Of a stretch of 30,822 nucleotides of DNA, positions 1 to 8,905 are shown one piece after another. The stretch covers positions 1 through 30,822 of the forward strand of contig CAMYKY010000062.1 of assembly GCA_947259165.1 (NCBI GenBank), given 5' to 3'. Numbering within the stretch: the stretch's first letter is position 1; every line of letters begins with the position of its first letter. This DNA comes from an uncultured Acidobacteriota bacterium. GTDB taxonomy: Bacteria; Acidobacteriota; Vicinamibacteria; Marinacidobacterales; SMYC01. The notes under the pieces were generated by a model. That model was not told the DNA's origin. It made no database searches and saw only the letters and a list, made by a program, of their open reading frames with translations. A program made the position numbers and the translations under genes.

Positions 1-84
1 AGAGGGGACTGTCCAGGACAGCCCATTTTCTCGTGTTACGGGGAAAACGTACCTGCTACGAAGATTGGTGGCTCCCCCTCACCC

Positions 85-129
85 GGCGGCGCTGGCGCGC
101 CGCCGACCTCTCCCCCACGGGGGAGAGGT
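85..129. other. two adjacent GC-rich hairpins (GGCGGCGC-tggc-GCGCCGCC and CCTCTCCCCC-acg-GGGGGAGAGG)
   Basis: Perfect 8-bp and 10-bp inverted repeats read directly in sequence downstream of the last gene of the minus-strand cluster. Neither strand has a U-tract, so this is not a canonical intrinsic terminator. Confidence 0.4.
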
Positions 130-218
130 TAACCGCTAACATCTTCATGGTTTCGGGTGAGGCGTGGCCTCATGAAGGACTGTCCCTTTTTGAACCTTTT
201 GGGAGAGGTCGGCGAGCG

Positions 219-728
219 CTACTCCTCCAGATACAGTTCTTTTTTTAGCTTCGCCAGCTGCTCGGGGGTGAGAGATTGACTCTCTAGAATCTGGACGAGC
301 TGCTCTCGGTCACGAGCTACGGGACGGAAGCCGCAGCCGTCGAAGAACTCGGGGTTCGCTTGTTCGAGCAGGGGGTGCGGGTAGTCGCGGCACATACCGG
401 GGCGTGAGTCGTAGCTGTCGCAGCGTTTCGTGGATGTATCGAAGTGCGTGCACTTGAAAATGAACGCTTTGTCTTCGCGACGCGCTTCGATGAGCGCGAA
501 ACCATTCACCTTGTCGTGCCACCAGAGAAAGATTTGGCGGGCGAAAGGGAAGTACCAGATTAGATTGCCGACCTGAATCCCGGGTTGCTCGCAGCACTTG
601 GCGCAGCCGACGCACTCTCCGCCGAGCTCATAGCGGACGTCGGCCTGGCTGCGGTGAAGCCACAGTCGAACGTGATAAACGCCGAGGCCGAGCCGCTTGA
701 CGCTTCTTCGGAGCCGGCCGTCGTTCAT
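219..728 (-). CDS. YkgJ/UPF0153-family putative Fe-S or zinc-chelating protein (CxxCxxCC)
   Basis: 169-aa ORF with motif CVGCAKCCEQ followed by a second Cys cluster, CTHFD..RCDSYDSRPGMCRDYP, typical of the CxxCxxCC 'putative zinc- or iron-chelating' family. Its ATG overlaps the stop of the upstream AAA gene (ATGA at 725-728), suggesting translational coupling. Confidence 0.55.
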   Translation of the reverse strand: MNDGRLRRSVKRLGLGVYHVRLWLHRSQADVRYELGGECVGCAKCCEQPGIQVGNLIWYFPFARQIFLWWHDKVNGFALIEARREDKAFIFKCTHFDTSTKRCDSYDSRPGMCRDYPHPLLEQANPEFFDGCGFRPVARDREQLVQILESQSLTPEQLAKLKKELYLEE

Positions 729-2473
729 TGAAGAAGTGCGGCGATCTCCTGGATGCGGTGCTCGAGTGCCGGGGTTTTCTCGGGAGTGCCGAAGCGCTCG
801 CGCAGTTTTTCAGGGATGAACATGGGGTCCGTGCTCTCGCGGATCGCGACGAGCTGCTGAAGCTCTTTTTCGAGGCCGTAGTCAGGCGTTCGAAAGTGCT
901 CGAGGGTCTCGCGAATATGGTTGGCTGTGGGTGCATCCGCGCCAGCGATTGCGGCACGCCGCACGCATTGGACGAGGAGGCTCTCGATATCCGCGCCTGA
1001 GAGCTCCGGCGGTAGCGGAGGAAGATCGTTGTCGTCGATCTTGACGCCATTTTTGCGCGCCATCGCGAGGAACATGCTCTTGCGCGCGGCTTCGGTCTCA
1101 GGAGGGAAGAGCGGGATGTGGACTTCGCACCGTCCCTGGCGCTTCAAGTCGACGGGGAGCAGATCGGGACGGCACGTCAAGAGCATCCACACGATCTTGC
1201 CTCGGTACCGAGTGTCGCTCATGAGAGACGAGATCATCGCGAACATGCGGCTCGAGGTTCCGCTGTCGCCACCCGCGGCGCGGCTTCCCAACGCCGCATC
1301 CGCTTCGTCGATGACGACGACCACCGGGCCGAGGGCTTTGATCACCGATAAGACTTTCTGAAGATTTCCCTCGGAGCTCCCCACCCATTTGCTGCGCAGG
1401 TTCTTGAACACGAGAGTCGGGATCCCAAGACTTCCGGCGAGACACGTTGCCGTGAACGTCTTACCCGTTCCGATCACCCCGCAGAGTAAATAGCCCATCG
1501 GCAAGGCTTCGAGTCGGCCGTCTTTGAAGAGGCGAACATCTTGCTCGAGCCGCTGTCTCACCGCTTCCGGGACGACGACCGTCTCGAGGTCGTAGCTCGG
1601 AGCCACGAAGTCGACCAGGCCGAAGCATTGCTTTTCGATCAACTCCTTTTTGGCCTCACGAAGCCGTTCGAGGTCGACGCGTTTGCCTTTTCCCCCGGAG
1701 CTTCCGACGGCCTGCGAGAGTCCCACGAGCGTGAGTCCGTTGGCCTCACGAGCAACGTCACGAGCCGCTTTGACGTTATCGAACAACGTCTTTGCAAAAC
1801 GCTCGCGTGTCGGCTCATCCGGGAGATCGACCTCGACCTTGGAAATGAACGGATTCTCGACGAGACGGCGATTGACGTCGCCGAGTGCTTCGGCAACGAG
1901 ACAAAGCGTGACATCCGCGCCGCGGATGCCGGGATCGTTGGCCCAATTGAGGACTTTGATGAGATGGGTACCGAGCTCTCCGCTCAGCATCGAGCTATCT
2001 ACGGCAGGGGTAATGGTCTCGATGTAGCGGATGATGATGGCGAGGCCTTTGCGGCTCCCGTTTTCGGGCGCATCGACGAGTTTGTGAAGAATGTAGCGGT
2101 CCAAGAGCTCGAAGACGAGCTTGGGATCTTGGAGACGCGCGTTGGCGTAGCTCGTTCCGCTGATCAGATCGATGGCCTTGAGTGTCTTGTGGAAGTCCTC
2201 CTGCATAGCCGCGCGGCGGTCGCTGTTGCCGGGTGCGAGAAATCGGATGCCGCTTCCACGATCATAGGAAAGGACGATGTCGCGTTGGCCGAAGAGCTGG
2301 GTCGCGAGGTAGTGCTCGAGAGAAACGAACTCCTCGTTCGCCGCCAAGGCTGGGCAAGACACGAGGTCGTGGACGTTGCCGTGGAGCAGAAACACGCTCG
2401 CCGAACCGCCGACGTAGCGGGTCGCGAGCTCGCGCGCCCAATCGGGCGCGCCATCGCCCAGCGGGTTATTCAC
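725..2473 (-). CDS. AAA+ ATPase, classical AAA clade, with ~300-aa N-terminal domain of unknown function
   Basis: 582-aa ORF. Walker A is GVIGTGKTF, Walker B is VVVIDEADA, and the second region of homology is TCRPDLLPVDLKRQGRCEVHI (RPD..R.GR arginine-finger pattern of classical AAA such as Vps4, katanin and FtsH). Its start overlaps the pspA stop by 8 bp. Confidence 0.8.
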   Translation of the reverse strand: MNNPLGDGAPDWARELATRYVGGSASVFLLHGNVHDLVSCPALAANEEFVSLEHYLATQLFGQRDIVLSYDRGSGIRFLAPGNSDRRAAMQEDFHKTLKAIDLISGTSYANARLQDPKLVFELLDRYILHKLVDAPENGSRKGLAIIIRYIETITPAVDSSMLSGELGTHLIKVLNWANDPGIRGADVTLCLVAEALGDVNRRLVENPFISKVEVDLPDEPTRERFAKTLFDNVKAARDVAREANGLTLVGLSQAVGSSGGKGKRVDLERLREAKKELIEKQCFGLVDFVAPSYDLETVVVPEAVRQRLEQDVRLFKDGRLEALPMGYLLCGVIGTGKTFTATCLAGSLGIPTLVFKNLRSKWVGSSEGNLQKVLSVIKALGPVVVVIDEADAALGSRAAGGDSGTSSRMFAMISSLMSDTRYRGKIVWMLLTCRPDLLPVDLKRQGRCEVHIPLFPPETEAARKSMFLAMARKNGVKIDDNDLPPLPPELSGADIESLLVQCVRRAAIAGADAPTANHIRETLEHFRTPDYGLEKELQQLVAIRESTDPMFIPEKLRERFGTPEKTPALEHRIQEIAALLQ

Positions 2474-3221
2474 TGGATTCGGGCGTCGCCTGTTTCTGGG
2501 GACCGACAGTTTTCTCGCTCGGCTCCGAGGACGGCTCCGCGAGCCCCTGTTCGATCTTGAACTGCGCGAGGAGCTCCGAGGCTTCCGCTTGTTCAGCGGC
2601 TTGTTTCGCCTTGAGGTTGTCCAATCCCTGGTCGCTGAGATCGCCCGCGACCTTGGAGCGGGCTTTCGCTTTGTTGATCTGGTCGTCGACGCGGCTCATG
2701 ATCTCGCCGATGTCCGTCGACACGTCGAACGAGGTGTTGAGAGCACCAGCGGTCTCGGAGACTTCGGCGAGCGCGTTTTCCATTTGAAGCGCCGCCTTCT
2801 TTTTTTGCAGATCTTTCTTGGAGTTTCCGATCTCCTTCAGCGCGGCTTTCATCTTCAAGAGGTTGTTCTCGTAGTTTTCTTGGTGCTGCGCGAGCTGCTC
2901 TTTGTTGCTCTCGAGCTCGGTCTTGACCTGCGCCAGCTCGAGCGCGAGCTGCCCGGCCATCTCTTCCTGGTTTGCCTTCAGATGATTCTTGATCTGGCCC
3001 GTGAGGCTAGTGATACGGGAAGTCTCACTTTGGACCTGACCTTGCACTTTCAGCACCATCGCCTGATAGGTGATGAGTCCCTGCCGAGCCTCCTTCAGCC
3101 GCTCGGTAGCCTGCTGCAGCTTGGTGTCGGCGAGCGCGATGACGTGCTTGTCTTCCATCTCGGTGACGGACTTGTTAATCAAGGCATACCAGACGGCTTT
3201 GATGCGTGCGAAAAGCCCCAT
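2466..3221 (-). CDS. pspA: PspA/IM30 (phage-shock protein A / Vipp1 family, ESCRT-III superfamily)
   Basis: The protein from internal Met MGLFARIKAVWYALINKSVTEMEDKHV (252 aa) matches the PspA/IM30 N-terminus (MGIFSRF..INA..EK.EDP) and is a long coiled-coil. There is a strong RBS: AGGGAG lies 6 nt upstream of the ATG at 3221. The 144 aa further upstream in the same ORF are Ser/Arg/Thr-rich low-complexity sequence and lie in the palindrome-containing intergenic region. Confidence 0.85.
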   Translation of the reverse strand: MGLFARIKAVWYALINKSVTEMEDKHVIALADTKLQQATERLKEARQGLITYQAMVLKVQGQVQSETSRITSLTGQIKNHLKANQEEMAGQLALELAQVKTELESNKEQLAQHQENYENNLLKMKAALKEIGNSKKDLQKKKAALQMENALAEVSETAGALNTSFDVSTDIGEIMSRVDDQINKAKARSKVAGDLSDQGLDNLKAKQAAEQAEASELLAQFKIEQGLAEPSSEPSEKTVGPQKQATPESSE

Positions 3222-3330
3222 CACTGACTCCCTTCGATGAATACCGCTCTGGAGAATGGTAAAGAACTCGTTGCCAAGGCGCAACGTTGCAGGTGACGAA
3301 CCGAAACCAGAACTCGCGATCCTCTGCTTC

Positions 3331-3439
3331 TTAACGCAAAGTCGCCAAGGCGCAAAGACGCAAAGAAAAGATTGGCCGAGCGGTTCGGACGAGCCATCCA
3401 CCCCCTTTGCGCCTTCGCGCCTTTGCGACTCTGCGTTAA
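3331..3439. repeat. palindromic CGCAAAG-heptad element (35-bp arms, 39-bp spacer) in the pspA upstream region
   Basis: Left arm is TTAACGCAAAGTCGCCAAGGCGCAAAGACGCAAAG (3331-3365). Right arm is CTTTGCGCCTTCGCGCCTTTGCGACTCTGCGTTAA (3405-3439), the reverse complement with about 85% identity. A further GCCAAGGCGCAACG half-site lies at 3271-3290. A related copy is at 22519-22660 and a fragment at 13739-13754. Confidence 0.6.
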
Positions 3440-3498
3440 AGAACTTACGGTGTCGACTCGTCCCCAGTTGCGCGTGGGCGGCGCTGAGTGAGAGAACA

Positions 3499-6400
3499 TC
3501 ATGTTGCGGGCTCGTCGGTCCCAGGCTCTTCCTCGTCGGTGATGTTCGACAGCGCCGAGACGTTGATCTTCTCGAGCGCTTCCACGAGCTCGGGGATGTC
3601 GTCGACGTACTCGAGTTTGTTGATGAGCGCTTTGATCTTCGGATCGTCGACACCGCGGAATCCCCGAAAGCGATGGGCCATGAACCGCATTAACGGGATC
3701 AGCGTTCCTTCAATAAGGTAGGACTCGCGTGAAATGAGCTCGTAATCGGCCGGCGGCGCCTGCGGCTCTGGCGGCTCGGCGGAGGGGGCGAGCGCGCTTG
3801 CACGCCCATTGCCAAAGGCTTCGAGGAGCTCATGGAGCTTTTCGATATAAGGTCCGAGGTCGAGCTGGACATCAACCTGAGGTGCTGGGGCCGGCTCGGC
3901 GGCCGCGCTGGCAGCAAACGCGAGGTCCGGATCCACAGACGGCGGTACCGGGCGTGATGCTGCTTTCGCTGTCGCCCGGTCGATACTCTCTCCGATACTT
4001 TCAAGGTGCTCGGAAACCATGCTGAGCTGTCCGGTCAGACGTGTCGCGGGGTCGTCGTCGCCACCACCCATGCGCTGGATACGGACGAAGCCTTTCTTGA
4101 TATCCTCCCATCGGGCGCGCTGCGTATCCGTCAAGCGGGCTCGCATCTCGCCGAGCTTGAGGAGATTCTCTTCTGCACCGGTGGTGAGAGTTTGAGACTC
4201 ACCGAGGTAGTGGTCGTCGATGAGGTTTTCGAGCTCTTCGTCGTTCATCGCCGGGACAATCTTTTCAGTGAGCTTGTTCATGTTCCGGTAGCTGCCCTGC
4301 AGCCGGAACGGGGGTTCGGTGCGGTACGCGTCCTCCTGAGATGCGGAGCGGATGTATTGCTGGTTGACGGCTAGAAGTGTCTCCTGCACTTTCAGGAGTT
4401 TCTTCAACACGGATAGAATCTCGCCGATTTCGACCGCCGAGTAGCCGTGTTGGAGCTGGTCGCTCTGGACCGGCTCGCCTTGGGCCATGCGAACCAGCAT
4501 GACGATGTCGTTTTGCTCCCGCGTGGTCAGCGGCGCGAGCACTCCGTTCGACGTTAGAGAATTCTCGATATAGGACAAGGCGAAGAGGTCGCTCTTGCCT
4601 TCGAGAATATCGCCCAGGTTGTAGGTGTCGGCGCGATTGGCCAGCATGTCTGGAATCTGGAACTTTTCCCCGGACTCGGTGTACGGGTTTCCCGCCATAC
4701 AAACGACGAACTTCTTGCCCCGCAGATCGTAGGTGCGGGTGCGTCCTTTCCATACACCTTCGACCTTGCGTTGGGCATCGCACAACGAGATGAACTTCTG
4801 GAGGAACTCGGGATGGGTGTGTTGGATATCGTCGATGTAGAGGAGAACGTTGTTACCCATCTCGAACGCGAGATTGAGCTTTTCGATCTCTTGCCGTGCG
4901 GTGGCGTTACCGGCTTCGGCCGGATCGAGCGACGTCACCGAGTGGCCGAGGGCGGGCCCGTTGATCTTCATGAAGACGAGCCCGAGGCGGTTGGCCAGAT
5001 ACTCCATCAGCGTCGTTTTGCCGTAGCCCGGCGGTGAGATGAGAAGGAGCATGCCCATCAAGTCGGTACGCTTCGCTTCGCCGAGTGCGCCCATTTGCTT
5101 GGCGAGGTTGTCGCCGATCAACGGGAGGTACACGTCGTTGATGAGTCGATTGCGCACGAACGAGGACATCACCTTGGGCTTGTACTCGTCGAGACGCAGG
5201 ACGTCGCGCTCCCGATCCAACACGGCGTGCCGCGCTTTTTGGAAGTCGCGAAAGCCGGGGACGCGTCGGTACCGGAAATGGCCGAGACGTGACAGGAACT
5301 CATCGAGGTGGAGCTGCATGCGGCCCTGCTGGATCCGCGGGTGCTGTCCCAACAAACCCTCGATCGCGACTTTGGCCTGAGCACTCGAAGTTTCGCGGCT
5401 GACCTTGCCTTCGAACAGGATCGCGACAACGGTTTCTTGCGCGGCGCGGACCGGGCGGTCGTTCTTCTCGGCAAAAGTCGTTACCCACGCGAGCGCAACG
5501 TCATAGGCGCGCACCGGCGATTCTCGAAGTCCGCGAAGATCCTGTTCGAAGTCCCGCTCGGCGCCAGATTCTCGCAAGTGTTTATCGAAGGCTTGCTTGA
5601 GCTCGTCGGCTTCCGCACTGAGAACGAATTTCTGGGGCTCACGCGCGATCTCCTGGAGGAGATAAGCGCCCGCGACGCGCGCCGCCCGCTCAGGCACGTC
5701 GATGCCGAGCTCGGACAGATGTTCGACGATCGCCGCGTTGAGCTCGGTGCTGAGCTCGCTCAGCACGTCACTTTGTTCGAAGTGGATACGCAGGCGATGC
5801 AGGCTCTTCGCTTGGCTTTCCCACTCCGAGCGCTTCTTGCGGTCTGGAAACAACGCCCAAAACACCGTGGCGAGCGCTCGCGCTGTCGGTGTGAACCGCA
5901 GCAGGCCGGCACTTTCGTACATGCCGAGCATCTTCTGAAGAATCAGAGCCGCGTCGGCGTCGTGGAGACCGCGCTCGTATCCTTCGTCGTAGCGCTCGGC
6001 CGCGTAGTCCCGCACGGTTGCAAGAAGCTGCTTTTCGACCCGAGTTGCTTCGTGAAGCTTCGCGAGTGAGAGTCCTGCGTCGCCGATTTCAGCGTCTTCG
6101 AGAATGCAATACGCGAGGTATTCCGACCGGTAAACGTCATCGGTCTCGGAGACCAGCTCCTGGTCCCAGAACTCGCGCGTCTTGGAGAAGGCTTCGTCAG
6201 CGATCGCTTCGTAAAAGCCCGTGCCACTCAAGTGAAACGCCATCCCGTCGTCGCGGGGCACCATCGTTAGCTCGAGCGGTTGGGTATTGACGCTGAAGCG
6301 GTGGCGTCCAAACTTGATGACGTTGGCGCCGTCCTCGTAGATTTCCTGGCGATCGCGCAGGCCACGTGCTGCGTCTTCTTTGGCGGCTTTGAGCCGGCCA

Positions 6401-8895
6401 TCAATCTCGTCGGCATGGACCGAGTCGCCGAGCTCTCTCAGGTTGGCCGAGGTGCTTCGAAGCTTGGCGACCATGGGGTCGGCCGCGAAGTATGCGTTCA
6501 GATCGTCGGAGCTTTTGAACGTTTCGGCACGCCGGGTGACGCTTGCGAGAATGCGCTCCGCTGCCTGCATCAACGTCTGCGCTCGTCGTTGGCGCTGGTC
6601 CACGAGGGATTGCTTCTTGGAGCTGAAGGCTTCGTAAATCTCCTCGCGCTTGGTGGTGAGCTCGGTGACGAACTCGTCGAACTCGGAAAAGCGGGTTTCG
6701 AGGTCTTCGAGCTGCAGCATGAGCTTCGACAGCTGCTCGTCGCATTTCTCGGGAGAGCCCGACAGAGCGAGCGCGCTGGTAACGCTTTGGCTGAGGAGCT
6801 GGAACTGGACCCCGAACTCGGCGATGCCTTCTTTGCCGAGTAGCTCCTTCCGCCGGTTGGCGATGAGAGCCCGTACTCGGTTGAGGCTTCCCATGATCTC
6901 CGAGATGTTGCCGAGGATCTGTGTCCTCACCGTCGCATCTTCGATATCGAGCGAGCCGACGACATCGGTCAATAGATCGAGGCTGTCGCCGAGCTCCTGA
7001 AGGGACTCCTGATGTTCGTTGGCTTCGGTGACTTTTGCTAGGCCCGGAACCATTTCTTCGAGCTCGGCCGCTCGCAGGTGGTAGGGAACCAGTGCCTCGG
7101 CCTTCAACAGGAAGTCGACGGCGCGCTGGCTCACAGTATCGAACCGCTCGACGATCTCTGCCTCGAGAGCATCGATATTGTCGAGGTCGACGTAGCGTAC
7201 CTCGCGCAAGGTAATGAGATGGCCGCGGGCCGAGCGCAAGCTGGCGAGACAGGCGACGAACTGATCGATCGACGTCCACGAGTCGGGATAGATGTTGCGG
7301 AAAATATCTTGAACTCTCTCGGCAGATTCGGCAAGCGCTTTTGTCGCGTCGGCGCGCAGCGCTTCGACTTTCTCGAATTCGTCAATGATGCTCTCGGCGG
7401 TGGCGTGAACTTCGTTCAGGACTACACGTAGGTTGCCGATCTCGGCGTTGTCGAGCCAGTAGTAGCTGTCGATCACCCGCTCGGTCGCAGAGACGATGTC
7501 TTCGTACTTTTGTCGGGTGGGCTGCTGCTCGTCGACCATGCGCCGGATGGAGAGGCAATCCGAGACGCCGCGGACGAGCTCGGCGTTGCCGACTTTCTCG
7601 AGAAACGACCCGGTCGGCGGAAGGGCTTTCACGTGGTCGTCACTCATGAACGGCGTGCGCCACAGCTGCATGTTGTGGACGCGCTTGGGCTCGTCGGTGT
7701 CGGCGCGAAAGATGATGACGGTGCCGTCGGGAAAGAGGCTGAACCCGTGGCAGTTGAGAGGATTGTCGACTTCCTTCCGGATCATGTTGTACGGCAGCAA
7801 AATGGTGCGCCCAGAGGCTCGCTCATGAAACGCGTAGAGCACGTCCTCACCGTTGGGTGAGCGGATACGGCGCAAAAACTCCATCCCCTCGATTTCGCGG
7901 TCGAACGATTTGGTGTGACCGCTTTGAAGGTAATAACCGCCGGGGAAAATGATGCCGTGGTCTTCAGGAAGCTGGACGCACGCATGACCGATGGCGTCGA
8001 TCCGATCGACCTGATGGGTCCGAGTGTTGAACACGAGGTAGCGGTACTCGGTCTCACGGTAGGGAAGGACCTTGAGCAGAATGAGGGTTCCCACTTTGGC
8101 GTAGTGGACCTCGGCGTCGTCGAGCGCCTGGTCGGCATCGATCACCGGCTCTTGATAGATGCCTTGGCCGTCCTCCGTGTTGTTCTCGACCTTGATGGTG
8201 AAATCGCCCCCGAGCGTCTCCACGAAGACTTCGTCGAGAATGTTGACGTGGGGGAAACGGCCTGCGATGTGGTCTTCGCGCGCTGTCGTCGTCCATTCGA
8301 AGTCGTGTGTCGGAGGGAATACGTGGTCGCGCTCGCCGCGGTTGTCGATATAGCTGACGGCGCCATCCGGGGTCATGGCCCAGCGAAAGACGCGAACATC
8401 GGTGATCTTTTCGCCGATCTGGAACACCGCGAGGAGCTTGTCGCCGACGGTCCTCAGCTGGAGCAGTCGGGTTTGAGCGTAATATTGATAGAGCTCCTTG
8501 AACTCCTCGACGAACTTGGGATCGGAGAGGAAGTAGGCGGGCGAGTCTTTGGCGACAGCGTGCAACGTGATGCCGTCGTCGGTTTTGTCGAACGTGTGCA
8601 GGCTGAAAACGTCGTCGACGTGCGTCTCGCGCTTGAGGCCGATGAAAACGTTGTAGCCGAAGAGGAGGCGGTTGCCGACCTCCTTGATATCCCGGGGAAC
8701 GCAGTTGTTTTCGGTGCGGATCCGTTCGTTGCCCAGGACTGCGAGCTCGGTGCCGCCGAAGAGCTCGAGGCGTTTCTTGTTGAGGCTATCCGCCCGCTCG
8801 GCCAGCGTTTTACCGTGGCCGAGAAGGCGGTCTCGAATAATCTCGTAAGTGCCGCGCTCGATCTCGGGTTTTTGAGTGTCAGGACTGGTGCTCAT
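3499..8895 (-). CDS. giant (1798 aa) multidomain protein with internal AAA_5 (MoxR/McrB/dynein-like) ATPase module
   Basis: Uninterrupted 5.4-kb ORF. Around aa 1285-1440 (about nt 4560-5050) lie Walker A LISPPGYGKTT, Walker B NVLLYIDDIQH and sensor-1 FVVCMAGNPY. Long predicted helical and coiled-coil stretches precede the ATPase, and an Ala/Pro-rich linker plus a ~80-aa C-terminal domain follow it. RBS AGGTG lies 7 nt upstream of the ATG, and there is only a 10-nt gap after the flotillin stop. Confidence 0.85.
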   Translation of the reverse strand: MSTSPDTQKPEIERGTYEIIRDRLLGHGKTLAERADSLNKKRLELFGGTELAVLGNERIRTENNCVPRDIKEVGNRLLFGYNVFIGLKRETHVDDVFSLHTFDKTDDGITLHAVAKDSPAYFLSDPKFVEEFKELYQYYAQTRLLQLRTVGDKLLAVFQIGEKITDVRVFRWAMTPDGAVSYIDNRGERDHVFPPTHDFEWTTTAREDHIAGRFPHVNILDEVFVETLGGDFTIKVENNTEDGQGIYQEPVIDADQALDDAEVHYAKVGTLILLKVLPYRETEYRYLVFNTRTHQVDRIDAIGHACVQLPEDHGIIFPGGYYLQSGHTKSFDREIEGMEFLRRIRSPNGEDVLYAFHERASGRTILLPYNMIRKEVDNPLNCHGFSLFPDGTVIIFRADTDEPKRVHNMQLWRTPFMSDDHVKALPPTGSFLEKVGNAELVRGVSDCLSIRRMVDEQQPTRQKYEDIVSATERVIDSYYWLDNAEIGNLRVVLNEVHATAESIIDEFEKVEALRADATKALAESAERVQDIFRNIYPDSWTSIDQFVACLASLRSARGHLITLREVRYVDLDNIDALEAEIVERFDTVSQRAVDFLLKAEALVPYHLRAAELEEMVPGLAKVTEANEHQESLQELGDSLDLLTDVVGSLDIEDATVRTQILGNISEIMGSLNRVRALIANRRKELLGKEGIAEFGVQFQLLSQSVTSALALSGSPEKCDEQLSKLMLQLEDLETRFSEFDEFVTELTTKREEIYEAFSSKKQSLVDQRQRRAQTLMQAAERILASVTRRAETFKSSDDLNAYFAADPMVAKLRSTSANLRELGDSVHADEIDGRLKAAKEDAARGLRDRQEIYEDGANVIKFGRHRFSVNTQPLELTMVPRDDGMAFHLSGTGFYEAIADEAFSKTREFWDQELVSETDDVYRSEYLAYCILEDAEIGDAGLSLAKLHEATRVEKQLLATVRDYAAERYDEGYERGLHDADAALILQKMLGMYESAGLLRFTPTARALATVFWALFPDRKKRSEWESQAKSLHRLRIHFEQSDVLSELSTELNAAIVEHLSELGIDVPERAARVAGAYLLQEIAREPQKFVLSAEADELKQAFDKHLRESGAERDFEQDLRGLRESPVRAYDVALAWVTTFAEKNDRPVRAAQETVVAILFEGKVSRETSSAQAKVAIEGLLGQHPRIQQGRMQLHLDEFLSRLGHFRYRRVPGFRDFQKARHAVLDRERDVLRLDEYKPKVMSSFVRNRLINDVYLPLIGDNLAKQMGALGEAKRTDLMGMLLLISPPGYGKTTLMEYLANRLGLVFMKINGPALGHSVTSLDPAEAGNATARQEIEKLNLAFEMGNNVLLYIDDIQHTHPEFLQKFISLCDAQRKVEGVWKGRTRTYDLRGKKFVVCMAGNPYTESGEKFQIPDMLANRADTYNLGDILEGKSDLFALSYIENSLTSNGVLAPLTTREQNDIVMLVRMAQGEPVQSDQLQHGYSAVEIGEILSVLKKLLKVQETLLAVNQQYIRSASQEDAYRTEPPFRLQGSYRNMNKLTEKIVPAMNDEELENLIDDHYLGESQTLTTGAEENLLKLGEMRARLTDTQRARWEDIKKGFVRIQRMGGGDDDPATRLTGQLSMVSEHLESIGESIDRATAKAASRPVPPSVDPDLAFAASAAAEPAPAPQVDVQLDLGPYIEKLHELLEAFGNGRASALAPSAEPPEPQAPPADYELISRESYLIEGTLIPLMRFMAHRFRGFRGVDDPKIKALINKLEYVDDIPELVEALEKINVSALSNITDEEEPGTDEPAT

Positions 8896-8905
8896 ACGTT
8901 AGCAC

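Noticed and set aside
1541-2560. 339-aa plus-strand ORF antisense to the AAA ATPase gene
   Set aside because: The minus strand carries canonical Walker A, Walker B and SRH motifs. The plus-strand product is featureless.
3265-3300. Possible sigma54 promoter for pspA (TTGGCAACGAGTTCTTT, read on the minus strand)
   Set aside because: The GG of the -24 element is present, but the -12 element is TTCT rather than TTGC/GC. There is also no bEBP gene nearby. It is not convincing.
3222-3653. N-terminal 144-aa extension of the pspA ORF (track ORF 2466-3653), and ORFs 3221-3502 (-) and 3256-3693 (+)
   Set aside because: The extension is Ser/Thr/Arg-rich low-complexity sequence and lies over the palindromic intergenic element. 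An internal ATG at 3221 with an AGGGAG RBS gives a canonical-length PspA.
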